A stretch of DNA of 63,976 bases, the filler included, from Reticulomyxa filosa (Eukaryota > Protista > Foraminifera), in assembly GCA_000512085.1 (NCBI GenBank). It is 24 parts of 24 records of this genome, joined end to end, with 100 filler letters (N's around TTAATTAATTAA, not from the genome) between each part and the next. Parts side by side here need not be neighbours in the genome. Positions count along the whole stretch, not along the records: positions 52,576 to 54,839 come from ASPP01006638.1; positions 54,940 to 59,885 come from ASPP01028816.1; positions 59,986 to 61,224 come from ASPP01012678.1; positions 61,325 to 63,976 come from ASPP01014717.1; 20 more parts are not named here. The stretch is one strand, 5' to 3'. The notes under the pieces were generated by a model. The model was not told where the DNA came from. It was given only the letters and a program-made list of their open reading frames with translations, and ran no database searches. Shown here in pieces: positions 53,241 through 63,976 of this stretch (the first letter of the stretch is position 1; every line of letters begins with the position of its first letter). The translations under genes and the position numbers were made by a program.

Positions 53241-54008
53241 GTAATGGCAATTTTTTTTTTCCCCCAGTATTTTATATACACATATAAAAATATATATGTA
53301 TATATATATACATACTGATAATTTCAACAACTAATGAAAATATATACGTCCATGTCCAAAAATAAAAATAAAAACAAAAATGGAAGAAAAAAATCCAGCA
53401 ATACGTAAAACGCAATCACCAAGGAATAAGTCACCACCAACCCTTCCAATGGCTTGTTGTTGTTGTCCAACCATTTGCAGGACCTGGATTTCTTTCCTCT
53501 TTGTAAGTAACAACACACGCGAAACAAAAACGTTGGCGTCTTTCTTTTTTTTTTTTGCTCTGGGGGCTTGTTTGGAGAAAAAAAAAGAGCTGTTTTTTTT
53601 ATATTGAAACTTAATGTACTTCTGTCTCTCCCACCTTTTACTTGATCTATAGATAATTGGTGTTCTCCTATATCTTGTGTTTTTTTAAAAAAATTGTAAC
53701 CTTGCTTGAAGAAATGAAGGTAGAGAAGGGAGAAAAAAAAAAGTTTGTTTCCTTGATAAACTGGAAATGAATGTTCATGTTACAAATTTCTTGCTTGTGC
53801 TATGTTCTGCACCAACTTGTTTGTACAATCAGACATTTTCAAATGTAACTCAGTACCTTTTTTATTCAATGAAAAAGAGGTTACCTTTATGAAATGGATC
53901 ATTCCGTTTGATTGTTTTTTTAGATTTGTTCGTCCTTATTTGATACTTGCACATATACACGGTGTACTTTCTCGTTTTGGCTTAATAATAAAAAAAAACT
54001 TGACCAAG

Positions 54009-54839
54009 ATGGAGGAGAAAGGCAGGGAGATTCATAAAGGTTGGCTATATTATCTGAATGAAGAGGAATGGGAGAAATGGTATTTTGTTCTGTATGACAA
54101 TCGCACTCTTCATAAGTATGGAGAAATTCAAGACAAGCAACTGAACCGACCAAAAGAGATAATTCGCCTTGTCAGTATCAACCGCATCCATCGATTGACA
54201 GATAATGCAAATGAAAAACAAAAATCAAAAAAGAGAGAGAGAAAGTATCAAATGGTAAGTCCCAATGGACAGCGCACGGGCCAGTGGATAAATCGACTAT
54301 TGGGCCCAGCAAACAAAATGAAAAAAGGAGGTATGAATAATGAGTCCGAAAGCAATCAGCACCGAGCAAGAGCACAATATCGCAAGTCGAGCGATCCTAT
54401 GTTGAATGCGACGAAAGAGTTGATTGAAATGGAGACATTGGACTTGCATCAATCTTTACCGTTGATGCCAAGAGCACGACAAGAGCAAACACAATTGCAT
54501 AACCAACAACAACAAATCCGAAATGAAGATGATTATCATGAAGAAGAAGAAGAAGAAGAAGAAGAAGAAGAAATTAAAAGTGATTTGCGCAAGTCGAAAG
54601 AAACAATAAAAAGAAGTTCATTGCCTCACCCGCGAACATCACCTACAATGACGTATACGTACCAGCGAGTATCACTAAGCGAAATTGATAAAAAGGTTAT
54701 TCGGTCGCCGTTGAATCCAAACAATCACGACGACGATGATGACATTACACACGAACATGATCAGGAGTTTAGCCTACTCATTCCAGACGATGTCAAAAGT
54801 ACTGAAGACAGCTTAGTTCAAAAGTGTGTGGGGGGGGGG
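54009..54839 (+). CDS. PH-domain protein, 3' partial
   Basis: IHKGWLY...WEKWYFVLYDNRTLHKY...PKEIIRL (PH strands 1-5), followed by a long low-complexity region. Confidence 0.8.
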
Positions 54840-54939
54840 NNNNNNNNNNNNNNNNNNNNNNNNNNNNNNNNNNNNNNNNNNNNTTAATTAATTAANNNNN
54901 NNNNNNNNNNNNNNNNNNNNNNNNNNNNNNNNNNNNNNN

Positions 54940-55057
54940 ATATTAGTAGATATTTTTTTTAAAAAATTAAGGTTTAAATTACTTTATTTTTCATGGAGAA
55001 AATCGATTCTCTTCATATAGTGCCATTTAGGTAATGCAGTTTTTTTGTAATATACTG
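54940..55057. mobile_element. Tc1-like terminal inverted repeat at the contig start
   Basis: Close match to 51407-51519 (TTAGTAGATATTTTTT...CATGGAGAAAATC...ATAGTGCCATTTA...TACTG|TA). Confidence 0.85.
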
Positions 55058-55499
55058 TAATCAATATTTTAATTTTTTTGGTATATTTTTGATTAAAAGT
55101 TGATTTAAAGTCATGATACCTTAATCTAGTCAATAACACGTAAACAATTTAGTACAACATCAAGACTTTTTCACAGTAATTTCACTAGCGTGTTCTTAAT
55201 TCATTTAGATATAGTCAGATAAAAAAAAAATCATTTTTTCTGTTAAAGATTTTTTTTACATAAATATGATCATCTGGACTAGCTTCAATTACTGATTATA
55301 GTACTGCCACTACAAATATCTTGGAAAAAAATTGTCAAAAAGGAAAATCCGCAAATATATATAGATTCTAAAGAAAATCATGATGACATAATTGACAGAA
55401 AAGTTCGATTCATGTTAAAATTGTTGCATATTGTATCATTTATTGTAATCCAAACAAATCGAATAATTGTAAATATCGAAAATTAACATCAAATTTACA

Positions 55500-56500
55500 G
55501 CTATCAAGCGCATAGTATGCGCATTAATATGTAACTAGTAACATTATACACAGTTGCAAAAAACACTAGTATGCAACAAATGATATAAATTTCTAGCTCA
55601 TTCTTTGCGTTTTTGATCTTCTTCAACACGACCCAGCACAAGACTAGTGTCAATTCAATAAATGGCATATTGATGAAAAATAAACATTGCCATCTGATCA
55701 TTATGCTACAATGCCAAGTCCTTGCAAACCACGAAAACAGCTGAAGTATCAAATCCTGCGAAAAGCGCAATGCCAAGGACCCTGCTGCCTAAGCTGAGCA
55801 TGTAAGTGAGACAACAGCAATGAATATCAATAAACTTGCCATACAAAGGCATTATAGCGGATGACTTATGTAAATATGCTTATAACACACAAGCCAAGTA
55901 TTGTTTGCCACACAACTCGTCCACAATGGCCGACAAGCACAAATGACAGTCATCTGATTCAAAGCTGTGATAAACATTCACATGCAAAGTGACAGATACA
56001 CAAAGCGCTTTTCAATTTTCGACAATTACTCATGCGATATAATGTTAGTCCATTTCCATTCGATCGGTGCGGTCTGCCTTTCTTGTTCTTCGCTGCAATG
56101 TTCTCATGTTTCTCCTTGTTCCGTTGCCGTAATTGTGGCACAGTTGCTGTCGTTGTAATCGGCTGATTTCCATTCAATGGTGCTGTACTCGACACTGTTG
56201 CTGTCTTTTCCTCTCTTGTTGATAATGTCGTTGCTGATACATCATTCTTCAATCCTTTATCTATTGTCTCTCCATTACTTGATTGTATTCCAATCCCGAT
56301 CGCGGCCCGGCCTCGATCAGTCGTTGATCTTTTCTATATTCCTGTTTCTGGCTCTGCTGATGCTACTGACGCTGATGGCGCTACCACCACACTCACGCAG
56401 ACTTTGTCTTCCCAATGTGTTTGCAATAGCTTGTTTTCGCCTGACGCGTATGCATAACACTGCATTTTCTGTCATTACTTCAAGCTCTCTTTGATTTCAA
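55500..56500 (-). pseudogene. Disrupted gene, possibly RING-variant (MARCH-like) plus TM segments
   Basis: A low-complexity coding-like segment, a Cys-rich stretch (ICACRP...C) and then hydrophobic helices, all interrupted by stops and frameshifts. Confidence 0.3.
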
Positions 56501-56895
56501 ACGATACTACACAGAGCACTACAATTTCAATCAATGTAAAAATAACAAAAACGACACGCTTAAAACAGAGGTCTCTGCGGGTGTTTTTTTGGGATGTAAG
56601 GGGACTTCACCTGTTCAGTTTCACATTCCACTTTTGTTGGTCATATTTCAATTTCAAGTCCTTATTTTCTTTCTTTTTTTCTACTTTATTGTATTTTTGC
56701 TCGCAATCTTCGCTGTACAATATTATCTTTACGTAAGTGTTTTTATTTATAACGTTCGGAAAACAGCTGTTGTACGTTTTAATACACACTTTCCCATAGT
56801 CAGCACAATACTGAAGCTTAGTTTTAAACAAATAAAACGGGAAAGTCTTAAAAACGACATAAAAATTTTTCCTTTTCTTTTTTGTTGACAAAGTA

Positions 56896-57956
56896 ATGAC
56901 AAGACTTGTTAGTACTAAAGCCACCGAAGGCATTCGTGGTAATCCTGAATGGAGAGTGTTCTTCCAGTGTAAAGATACATCAGAATTATGGAAACAACTA
57001 GGTACAACCAGACCACACTAAAAACATGTATTCCAAAGCAAATCTTAAAAAAAAAAAATGTGGGGAAAAGGAATAAAGGCCATAGAAAAATATGACGAAG
57101 AACGCTCTGACGTTTATGTAGTTTTAAAGGATGAAAGATATGGTTTGAAATTTCGAAAGAAAAATCAATTGGAATTAAAAACGAGAAGTTTGGTGAAAGA
57201 GAACGGGGTCGAGTATTGGTCCAAAACGCAGTATAAAGACGGCCCTAAATCTGACCACGAGCCTACAAGTCTGAAAAATGCTGAAAATATTTTAGTTACA
57301 AATAGAAACAAAACAAAAACAACAATGTTGAAATATTAATCTTTTTTTTTTTTTTTTTTTTTTTGGGCTTGCTTTTGTATTGGTACACAAGGCCAAGTAC
57401 TATGAAAAACATCCAAAAGCGAGCAGTTGGCTTACTGCCAAAAATTGACAAAAGAAAAGTGTGGTTTAATAGAAATAAAAAAAAAACGGTACTTAATAAT
57501 AATAACACAGCAAAATATCTCCATTCGCTTTTGTCCGTATATACATATATGTATACGTATATATATTTTGCACTTGCACATTTGCACTATGATAATGTGT
57601 GTGACAGTAGCAGTGTTAATGTCAAGTTCTGTCAATCTCATATTGAAATTGCACAGTGTAAATTGGTCCCGGTTCGTCTTTTGTTGTTTCTGAATTGCTC
57701 TTTTCCCCCCTCTATAATGTACTCCAAAAAAAAAAAGCAAAGAAGAAGGGGGGGGGGCAAAAAAAATAAAATATAAAAGGTGGATTTCAAAGATATGGAA
57801 CCATGGAAAGATTCCATTTTTATGTCGCTGTGCATTGAATTGGACATCAATGATGAAAACATTCATAAGTTGAGCCAAATCGCTTCAACATTTGATGACA
57901 AGAGATGCATTGGTGGGTATCCAAAGTGGTTGTGCACGTTGGCTAATCTGTTGTAG
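56896..57956 (+). CDS. CYTH/triphosphate-tunnel-like domain protein, multi-exon, apparently complete
   Basis: EWRVFF...ERSDVY...YGLKFR...LELKTR...EYWSK...KIDKRK...IEIAQ...MSLCIE...GGYPKWL* follows the CYTH ExR / R.D.Y / K.R / E.K motif order. Confidence 0.6.
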
Positions 57957-58663
57957 TTCTTTTGTTCTTACTCAAAAAGAAAACATTTTACTCGAGATAT
58001 ACAAACTTTACATTCAATCCGATTTTTAACAATATGAAACGCAAGTGTACACCTTTTTTTTTTTGAGTGTGCTAAAAAAAACTATTTCAAAGTGATGAGT
58101 CGAACTAAATCACAAAGAAAATAATAATTGCATATCATCAACTTTAAAAAAAGGTGCTGATGAAACTTTTTTGCAATGTTTTTTGTTAAAATAAGTTATT
58201 TTTCGTTTTTGAATATTATTTGTAAAGTTTTTTGTTTTTTTACCATTTTGTATGTTTTCCTTTTGCATTAAGTACCAATTCGATTCTTTTTGGCATGATT
58301 GATTAGCGCTTGGTACAATTGAATGTCAATTATTTACTATGTTTTTTCACAAAGTTTTTTTTTGTCTCGTTGAAACGACTGGTCATTTTTATTATCTACG
58401 CAATATTGCACACTGCTTAGCATGTACCTAATAATATTTCTTTATAAATTTCACAATTTATTCAATTATATATCTTGCAAGCATTTCCAACACCTTTTGC
58501 GCCAAAACGAATCCAAATCATTATGCTACATATGCTAAATCTTGACCTTTTGATTATGACACTATATACTAAGTATTAGTTTGGTTTTTTCCAAACGTAT
58601 TTAATTCAATCGCTTCTACTCAAATTAATCTTTGTTTCATCTGAAAGATGACTTTTCCAATTC

Positions 58664-59819
58664 CAGTAGAATGCAAAGTAAAGTTGACACATAAAATGGC
58701 AGAGATGATTGATTTTCTACATGAAAAAACAACATTCAGACTTAATTTTTTTTAAAAAATATATACAAATCGTGTACTTTTTAAATATCATTTGGCTTTT
58801 TATTAAATCTTTCCTAATTATTTCAATATTTTATCATTTATTTTTCTTTTCTTTTTTTTTTAGCTCAATGTAATTTAATATTTTTTTTTTAATTATTTTT
58901 TTGAAAATTACTAAAGGATTGAGAATTTTAACAAAAGACATGCTGTTGAGCTGTTACGTCAGTGCTGGAGTTTGCGCAAAGTTGCAAAACAATTTGTGTA
59001 AGTCATGAATGTGTGCGTAAACTGAAGCTGACGTTCATCATAAAAATATCAAATTGGTAGTGGAAGTATAATTGTATGGTCTTGTTTTGGAGTGTTAGGA
59101 CATGTTTATGCATGTAACATTAATTAATGTGTAAATGCATATATTTACAAAGAAATTCTAGTTGATGAAATGCTCAAAAAGCATTAACTGGGGTTTAGAA
59201 GATAATGAAAATTGTATATTTCATCAAGATAATGATACTAGCCAAACATATTATAGCAAAAAATAGTTTGAGCAAAATTCTATAAAAGTATTGAATTTCA
59301 CTCCAAATTCTCCAGACCTGAACTAAATCGAAAATCTGTGAAAACGAAAGTATTCAAAAATGGACCATTTGGATCAAAAGAAGAACTCCGGAAACAATTT
59401 AAATTAAAATGGAAAAAAATGACAAAGAAACATGCACAAACTTAACAAAGTCAATGCCAAAAAATACAGTCAGTATACAATGCAAAAAGTAATGTAACCA
59501 AATTGTAATTTTCATTAAAAACAATCTTACCACAAAAAAAAATTCAGTTATAATGCTTTTGAATTAACTTGACTTAATTGGCATTAAACAAAAAAAAAGC
59601 AAAAAAAACCAATAATAAATAAAGACAAAATGAATAAAATATTCAAATTTTTTAAGCAATTAGGAAAGATGTAATAAAAAACCAAAATGATATTAAAAAG
59701 TACACGGTTTGTAGATATTTTTTAAAAAAAATTAGGTCTGAATGTTGTTTTTCATGAAGAAAATCAATCATCTCTATAAGGTGCCATTTTAGGTGTCAAC
59801 TTTACTTTGCATTATACTG
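58664..59819 (+). mobile_element. Tc1-like DNA transposon, non-autonomous, with ~175-bp TIRs
   Basis: Left TIR CAGTAGAATGCAAAGTAAAGTTGACAC... pairs with right ...GTGTCAACTTTACTTTGCATTATACTG|TA. Internal HTH (SLRKVAKQF), GSGSIIVWSCFG, FHQDND and TPNSPDLN*IENL*. Confidence 0.93.
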
Positions 59820-60009
59820 TATTTTAATATAGCACAAATTTACAACAACATTATCTGATGGATCTATTCAAAAAATTTGGCAATANNNNNNNNNNNNNNN
59901 NNNNNNNNNNNNNNNNNNNNNNNNNNNNNTTAATTAATTAANNNNNNNNNNNNNNNNNNNNNNNNNNNNNNNNNNNNNNNNNNNNAAAAAAAAAAAAAAC
60001 AATGCCAAA

Positions 60010-60403
60010 ACTTCGTTCGTTTGTGTTTCGAGTTCCTCTTTTATTCCATCTATGCAATGTGCTGCTGTCTTTTTTTTTTGTTTTTATTGTTGAATGCTTT
60101 TTTTTTCTTCAAGTCATTTCATTCTTTCAAATATCTTTTTTTTTTTACCAGCACGACAGGGGGATTGACGTGACGAATTAACGTCCCTCCACAAAACAAC
60201 TTCACCTGGTAACTCTTGGACTTTGCATTTAGTGCCACCATCCATTCATAATCGTCCGTGGTTGTCACTGTTCCGTTCACGATTTTGTTCTCTGGCGCGT
60301 CGTCAATCTTCTCCGGAACTAATTTTACGAGTGGAGACACACCGTAACTTCCAGAGATAAAAAAAAGGAGTAATACAAAACATTGAATAAGATTAATATT
60401 CAT
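60010..60403 (-). CDS. Secreted trypsin-like serine protease (S1), 3' partial
   Basis: Signal peptide, activation site K|IVNG, WMVAL, FCGGTLI, then VVL|TAAHC across intron 60069-60148. Confidence 0.92.
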
Positions 60404-60888
60404 TATTGTGTATAAAAGGAGCCAAGACCAAAAAGTTGGTTTTTTTTTGGATAGAGATTAATCGTTTTGGTTTATTCTTTTTTTTAAAACAAAAAGAGGG
60501 ACAGATAGTCATATCACTCCACCTGTTTCACTCTTATTGCAATGTCTAATATAACTGTTACTCAAATTCCTGGATAGTAAGCTACTGATAATATATTTGA
60601 TGATACCGTCAGTAACTAGTTCAATAAAACTTCTTCGTGCAGAAGAAATGACAAAACATTAAAAAGATTAGAAAAAGAGGTGCAAGACTGCCTCGATAAA
60701 GAAGAGAGTGAGAAAGAGGGGGAAAAAAAAAGAGTCATAAGTTTAGCAACAAATAATAATAATAATAAAATGGAAGACATGGGCAAAGAAACGAGAAAAT
60801 GAGAACCACAAAAAATCGGGTTAAATTGTGACAGTTACCATTACAATAAGTGCCATGAGTTGTTTGAGTGTATTGAGTTTTGTAGTAC

Positions 60889-61212
60889 TTAAAAGGCCTG
60901 TTTGTGAACAGCAACTTTACAAAACACATCCCCCAGAGCAGCGTCCGCGTACAGACAATCCAAAGTTTTAAAGCAATTGTACACAGGTTCGACAATACCA
61001 CGCTTTACCTTGGAAGACATATATCTACGAACGCACCTCTCTTTGTTGTTCCAAACACTCCAACGATAGAATGGAGACGACATCCTTCTTTCTAGCCCTC
61101 TTTCCAAAAGATGGTGCAAAAAACTTAGTTCGGTCCAAAGGGTAAGCTCTTTGATATTTTGTGTTACTCCTTCGTTTGATTGCTTGTCATTCTCATTTTT
61201 GTCATCTCTATA
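60889..61212 (-). CDS. Hypothetical protein, last exon
   Basis: Open frame from the contig end to a stop at 60889. No domain recognised. Confidence 0.35.
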   Translation of the reverse strand, partial: YRDDKNENDKQSNEGVTQNIKELTLWTELSFLHHLLERGLERRMSSPFYRWSVWNNKERCVRRYMSSKVKRGIVEPVYNCFKTLDCLYADAALGDVFCKVAVHKQAF

Positions 61213-61371
61213 CAAAAAAAAAAANNNNNNNNNNNNNNNNNNNNNNNNNNNNNNNNNNNNNNNNNNNNTTAATTAATTAANNNNNNNNNNNNNNNNNNNN
61301 NNNNNNNNNNNNNNNNNNNNNNNNACATTGTATTGGCGTATGTGTGTATATGTACCCAAAAAAAAAAAAAG

Positions 61372-63895
61372 GATCGTGTTCGTATTGCAGAGCTCTTAAT
61401 AAAACTATTCACCACATTGAAAGAATCGAAAATTAGTGTCAAAATCCTTTCTTTTCTATTCGAAAAAGACTCACCGCAGTTGCAATTCCAAGCAGCAAGG
61501 TTTGTTTGCCATTACTGTCAAGGACCCAGAATACCTAACACTCCTAAAACGTCATTTCTTCATCCAGTTTGTTCTTCCATTGGCCAGAAACTTGTTTTTT
61601 TGTTTGTTTGTATTGAATTGTGTTGTGCTGTGTTGTATTGGTATCGCACCCTTCCCTTTCTTCTTCTTCTTCTTCTTCTTCTTACTTCCAATTTTGCAAA
61701 CACATGCAAGTCGAATCGAGTGGTCACAACTACTCAATAAAACGACAGGCTCTTGGATATCACAAACGAGAATGTCTTTCCAGCAATTGCGTCGAAGCAC
61801 TGCGACAGTTGTTCAAATCCGAAGATTTGCAATTACAAAGCAAAGTAAAATTTCACACAAACCAATGTTTGCTTGATTTGAAAGAGGGAGTATATATGTA
61901 TATACATAGATATATGTGTTTAATGTTTATGTATGTGTATGTATGTACACCCACACAATGTTAATCGTAGGCAATTGAAGCCATTGGCTATTTGGCAATG
62001 TACGACCAACCTGCTCGGCAGTTCATTATTAACGCAGGCGTATTCAATGCCTTGATCGACCTTGTCACTCCCAAACAAGCGTTCCGATTTTGAAAAACAT
62101 CACGTTAAGAATTTTCTTTTACGTAATGTTCTTCTTCTCAGCACATATTTCTACATTATACTTTTTGCTAACAATCACAACAACAACAATCGCAAAAAAA
62201 AAAAAAAGATGGTCATTGTCAATACTTTTGGGAGAAACCCACACATCACCATTAACAGATATCGAACCGAAAACAGTATGTGTTAACACTCTTCCCCCTT
62301 CCAAAAAAAAAAAAAAAACAAACATATATGTTACACTTTGTGCAGTTCGGAAATGTAGTGCACCTGCTAAATAAAGAAAGGACAAATATTAACACATAGC
62401 TAATGCAATTACTTGAGAAATTGAAAGTGTTGTTATTTGACTTGGTCAACTTGTTCAAAAAATTGGCTAATCGAACCAGTTTGGAACTTTCTGAAAATGA
62501 AGACACAGACGAATTTATTGAATGGATTGGAAAATCTCCAGATCATTTGAAACAATTGGAAGACGTCCTTGCGAACACATTATGTTGTTTGTCTTATCTC
62601 ACTCCTGGGCTACGTAATTCTCCAATGTTTTGGGAAAAATTTGTTGAACTTATCACGTTCGTATCATTTTCATTTTCATTTTCATTATTATTTACTTTTT
62701 AAAGAGAACGAAATTTTTTCACCTTTTCTTGTCATTATTATTTTTTTTTTTTATGGCATTAACGAACAATCCAAATAGCTTCCCCGAGTCTGTGATTCAA
62801 CAGATGGTATTGGATACATTATATGATATTCTTCGAATCGACCGGTCACACACGGAAGCCATTTTGAAATTAGGCTTGTTGCAGAGGCTGGACAATCCAC
62901 TCCAAGTTTTGTTATTATTATTATTATTGATTTTGATTTATATACATGTATGTATATCTTGTTTGCTTGCGCAGTCAAAGAACAAGTCGTTAATTATCAA
63001 AGCATTGACGGTCGTTTCTGCGGTTGTGGCAGATTCAGGCTTTGTCGAGGTATGTTGTGGGCTTGGCTACCATGTTTGTACCGCCAATATCAACTTTGAT
63101 TATAATCGATCGGTCTTTGTTACTCTTTTGACTTGGAAATAATGTGTGTCGCAGGCTGTCGCAATGTCCGGCTTTGTCAGCACGATGCTGGGGCTTTTGA
63201 AAAAAGACGACTTGGCACGTTTGAAGGTAGTGAGAATACTTAAATTTATGTCGCGAAATCGAAAGGTGGCTTTCAAATTGGTAAAAGAACACGACATGAT
63301 CAAATGTCTGGGTGACGCGTTGTCAGAGTTTAAAAAATACGACCCGATTTTGAAAGAAGTTTACCAACACGTTGGTCCCTGCTACAACTTTGAGTTTGTG
63401 GAAGATGTCATTGGTATGCTTATTTGTATCATTTATTATGTAATGACGTTTGGGAAAGAGCAAATTAAAATCAATGTGTATTATTGATTAAAATAATTTT
63501 TTTTTTTTTGAAAACAAGATATAATGATGAGCGTTCTCGAATCCGGTCATGCCTCGGACACGCAAAATTTATTCATCAGCAAATTTGACATGGAACTGTT
63601 GGATAATATCAATGACTTGGCCATGAAGATAAGCAAGGCGCAAGGAATCAACGCGTGGAGAACCTTTAGCAATGTCAAAATTGAAGATCGAGTTCGGCAG
63701 TTGTTGCAAAAAATTGAGCAAATCCATTCTCAATGCCGCACGGACTTATCCAAACAAGTCACTCAATTTGTGCGCACTTTGTTGAAAAACTTTACTGACG
63801 CTTTGTCTCAAAATGCTTACGCCTCGCGGAACATGCCATCCAATTGGACTTCATCCAACTCCGATATTTCAAATTCTAAACTTTTATGGAGTGGT
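61372..63895 (+). CDS. Armadillo-repeat protein (importin-alpha-like repeats), multi-exon, partial
   Basis: FLFEKDSPQLQFQAARFV, LRQLFKSEDLQLQSK|AIEAIGYLA...RQFIINAGVFNALIDLV, EDVLANTLCCLSYLT, ILKLGLLQRL. Confidence 0.75.
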
Positions 63896-63976
63896 ATGTT
63901 TTTATTATTGTTATTATTATTATTATTTATTCTTTGAGAGAGTTTCAAATTGCTACATAAAAAAAAAAAAAAAAAA

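Noticed and set aside
14688-59340. Possible stop-codon reassignment suggested by in-frame TAA/TAG (15165, Hsp90 near 33650, Tc1 near 59265 and 59325)
   Set aside because: These occur only in sequences that also have frameshifts or deletions. Intact genes end normally with TAA or TAG (ALDH7, Ariadne, PSMA3, alpha-tubulin).
59544-59582. CAGTTATAATGC...TTGAC...TGGC resembling the Tc1 terminus (possible inner direct repeat)
   Set aside because: The match is short and degenerate, and its orientation is opposite to that expected for an inner DR of the right TIR.
5359-61324. Regularly recurring TTAATTAATTAA palindrome flanked by Ns, superficially like a repeat array
   Set aside because: It is an artificial six-frame-stop linker joining contigs. 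ORFs ending in X...LIN are artefacts of it.
1-63976. CRISPR arrays, rRNA, tRNA, prokaryotic operons or defence systems
   Set aside because: None recognised by eye and the content is spliced eukaryotic genes. A tRNAscan-SE/Infernal run would be needed to exclude small RNAs.

Overview
This is not one locus. It is a concatenation of 24 short contigs of an AT-rich, intron-containing eukaryotic genome, joined by 23 identical artificial 100-nt spacers (44 N + TTAATTAATTAA + 44 N), so neighbourhood across spacers is meaningless. A divergent alpha-tubulin tail, Kelch+TPR and WD40 family members, an RNF213-like gene and homopolymer-rich short introns suggest a rhizarian/foraminiferan such as Reticulomyxa; this is an inference. 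Recognisable genes, mostly partial: a long coiled-coil protein, VPS35, an Ariadne RBR E3 ligase, ALDH7A1, a chromodomain protein, SNW1/SKIP, a mitochondrial carrier, an SCP/FCP1-like phosphatase, a Kelch+TPR protein, an RNF213-like AAA+ protein, alpha-tubulin, proteasome alpha7, an FN3 protein, a TM-RING-H2 E3, a myosin-TH1-like protein, a SAM+USP deubiquitinase, EF-hand and PH proteins, a CYTH-like protein, a trypsin-like protease and an ARM-repeat protein. Decayed material includes an Hsp90 pseudogene, Tc1/mariner relics with long TIRs, rearranged non-LTR retroelement pieces and Kelch/WD40 remnants. The most notable observations are: (1) many introns have an A-tract rather than a polypyrimidine tract before the AG, often with a T-rich 5' half; (2) a contig-terminal imperfect hairpin of about 63 bp capped by a GC-rich stem and a cGNAg triloop; (3) an alpha-tubulin tail almost free of glutamate; (4) reading-frame breaks located at coding microsatellites. 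No CRISPR array, rRNA or tRNA was recognised. Exon boundaries were read by eye and are approximate unless stated.
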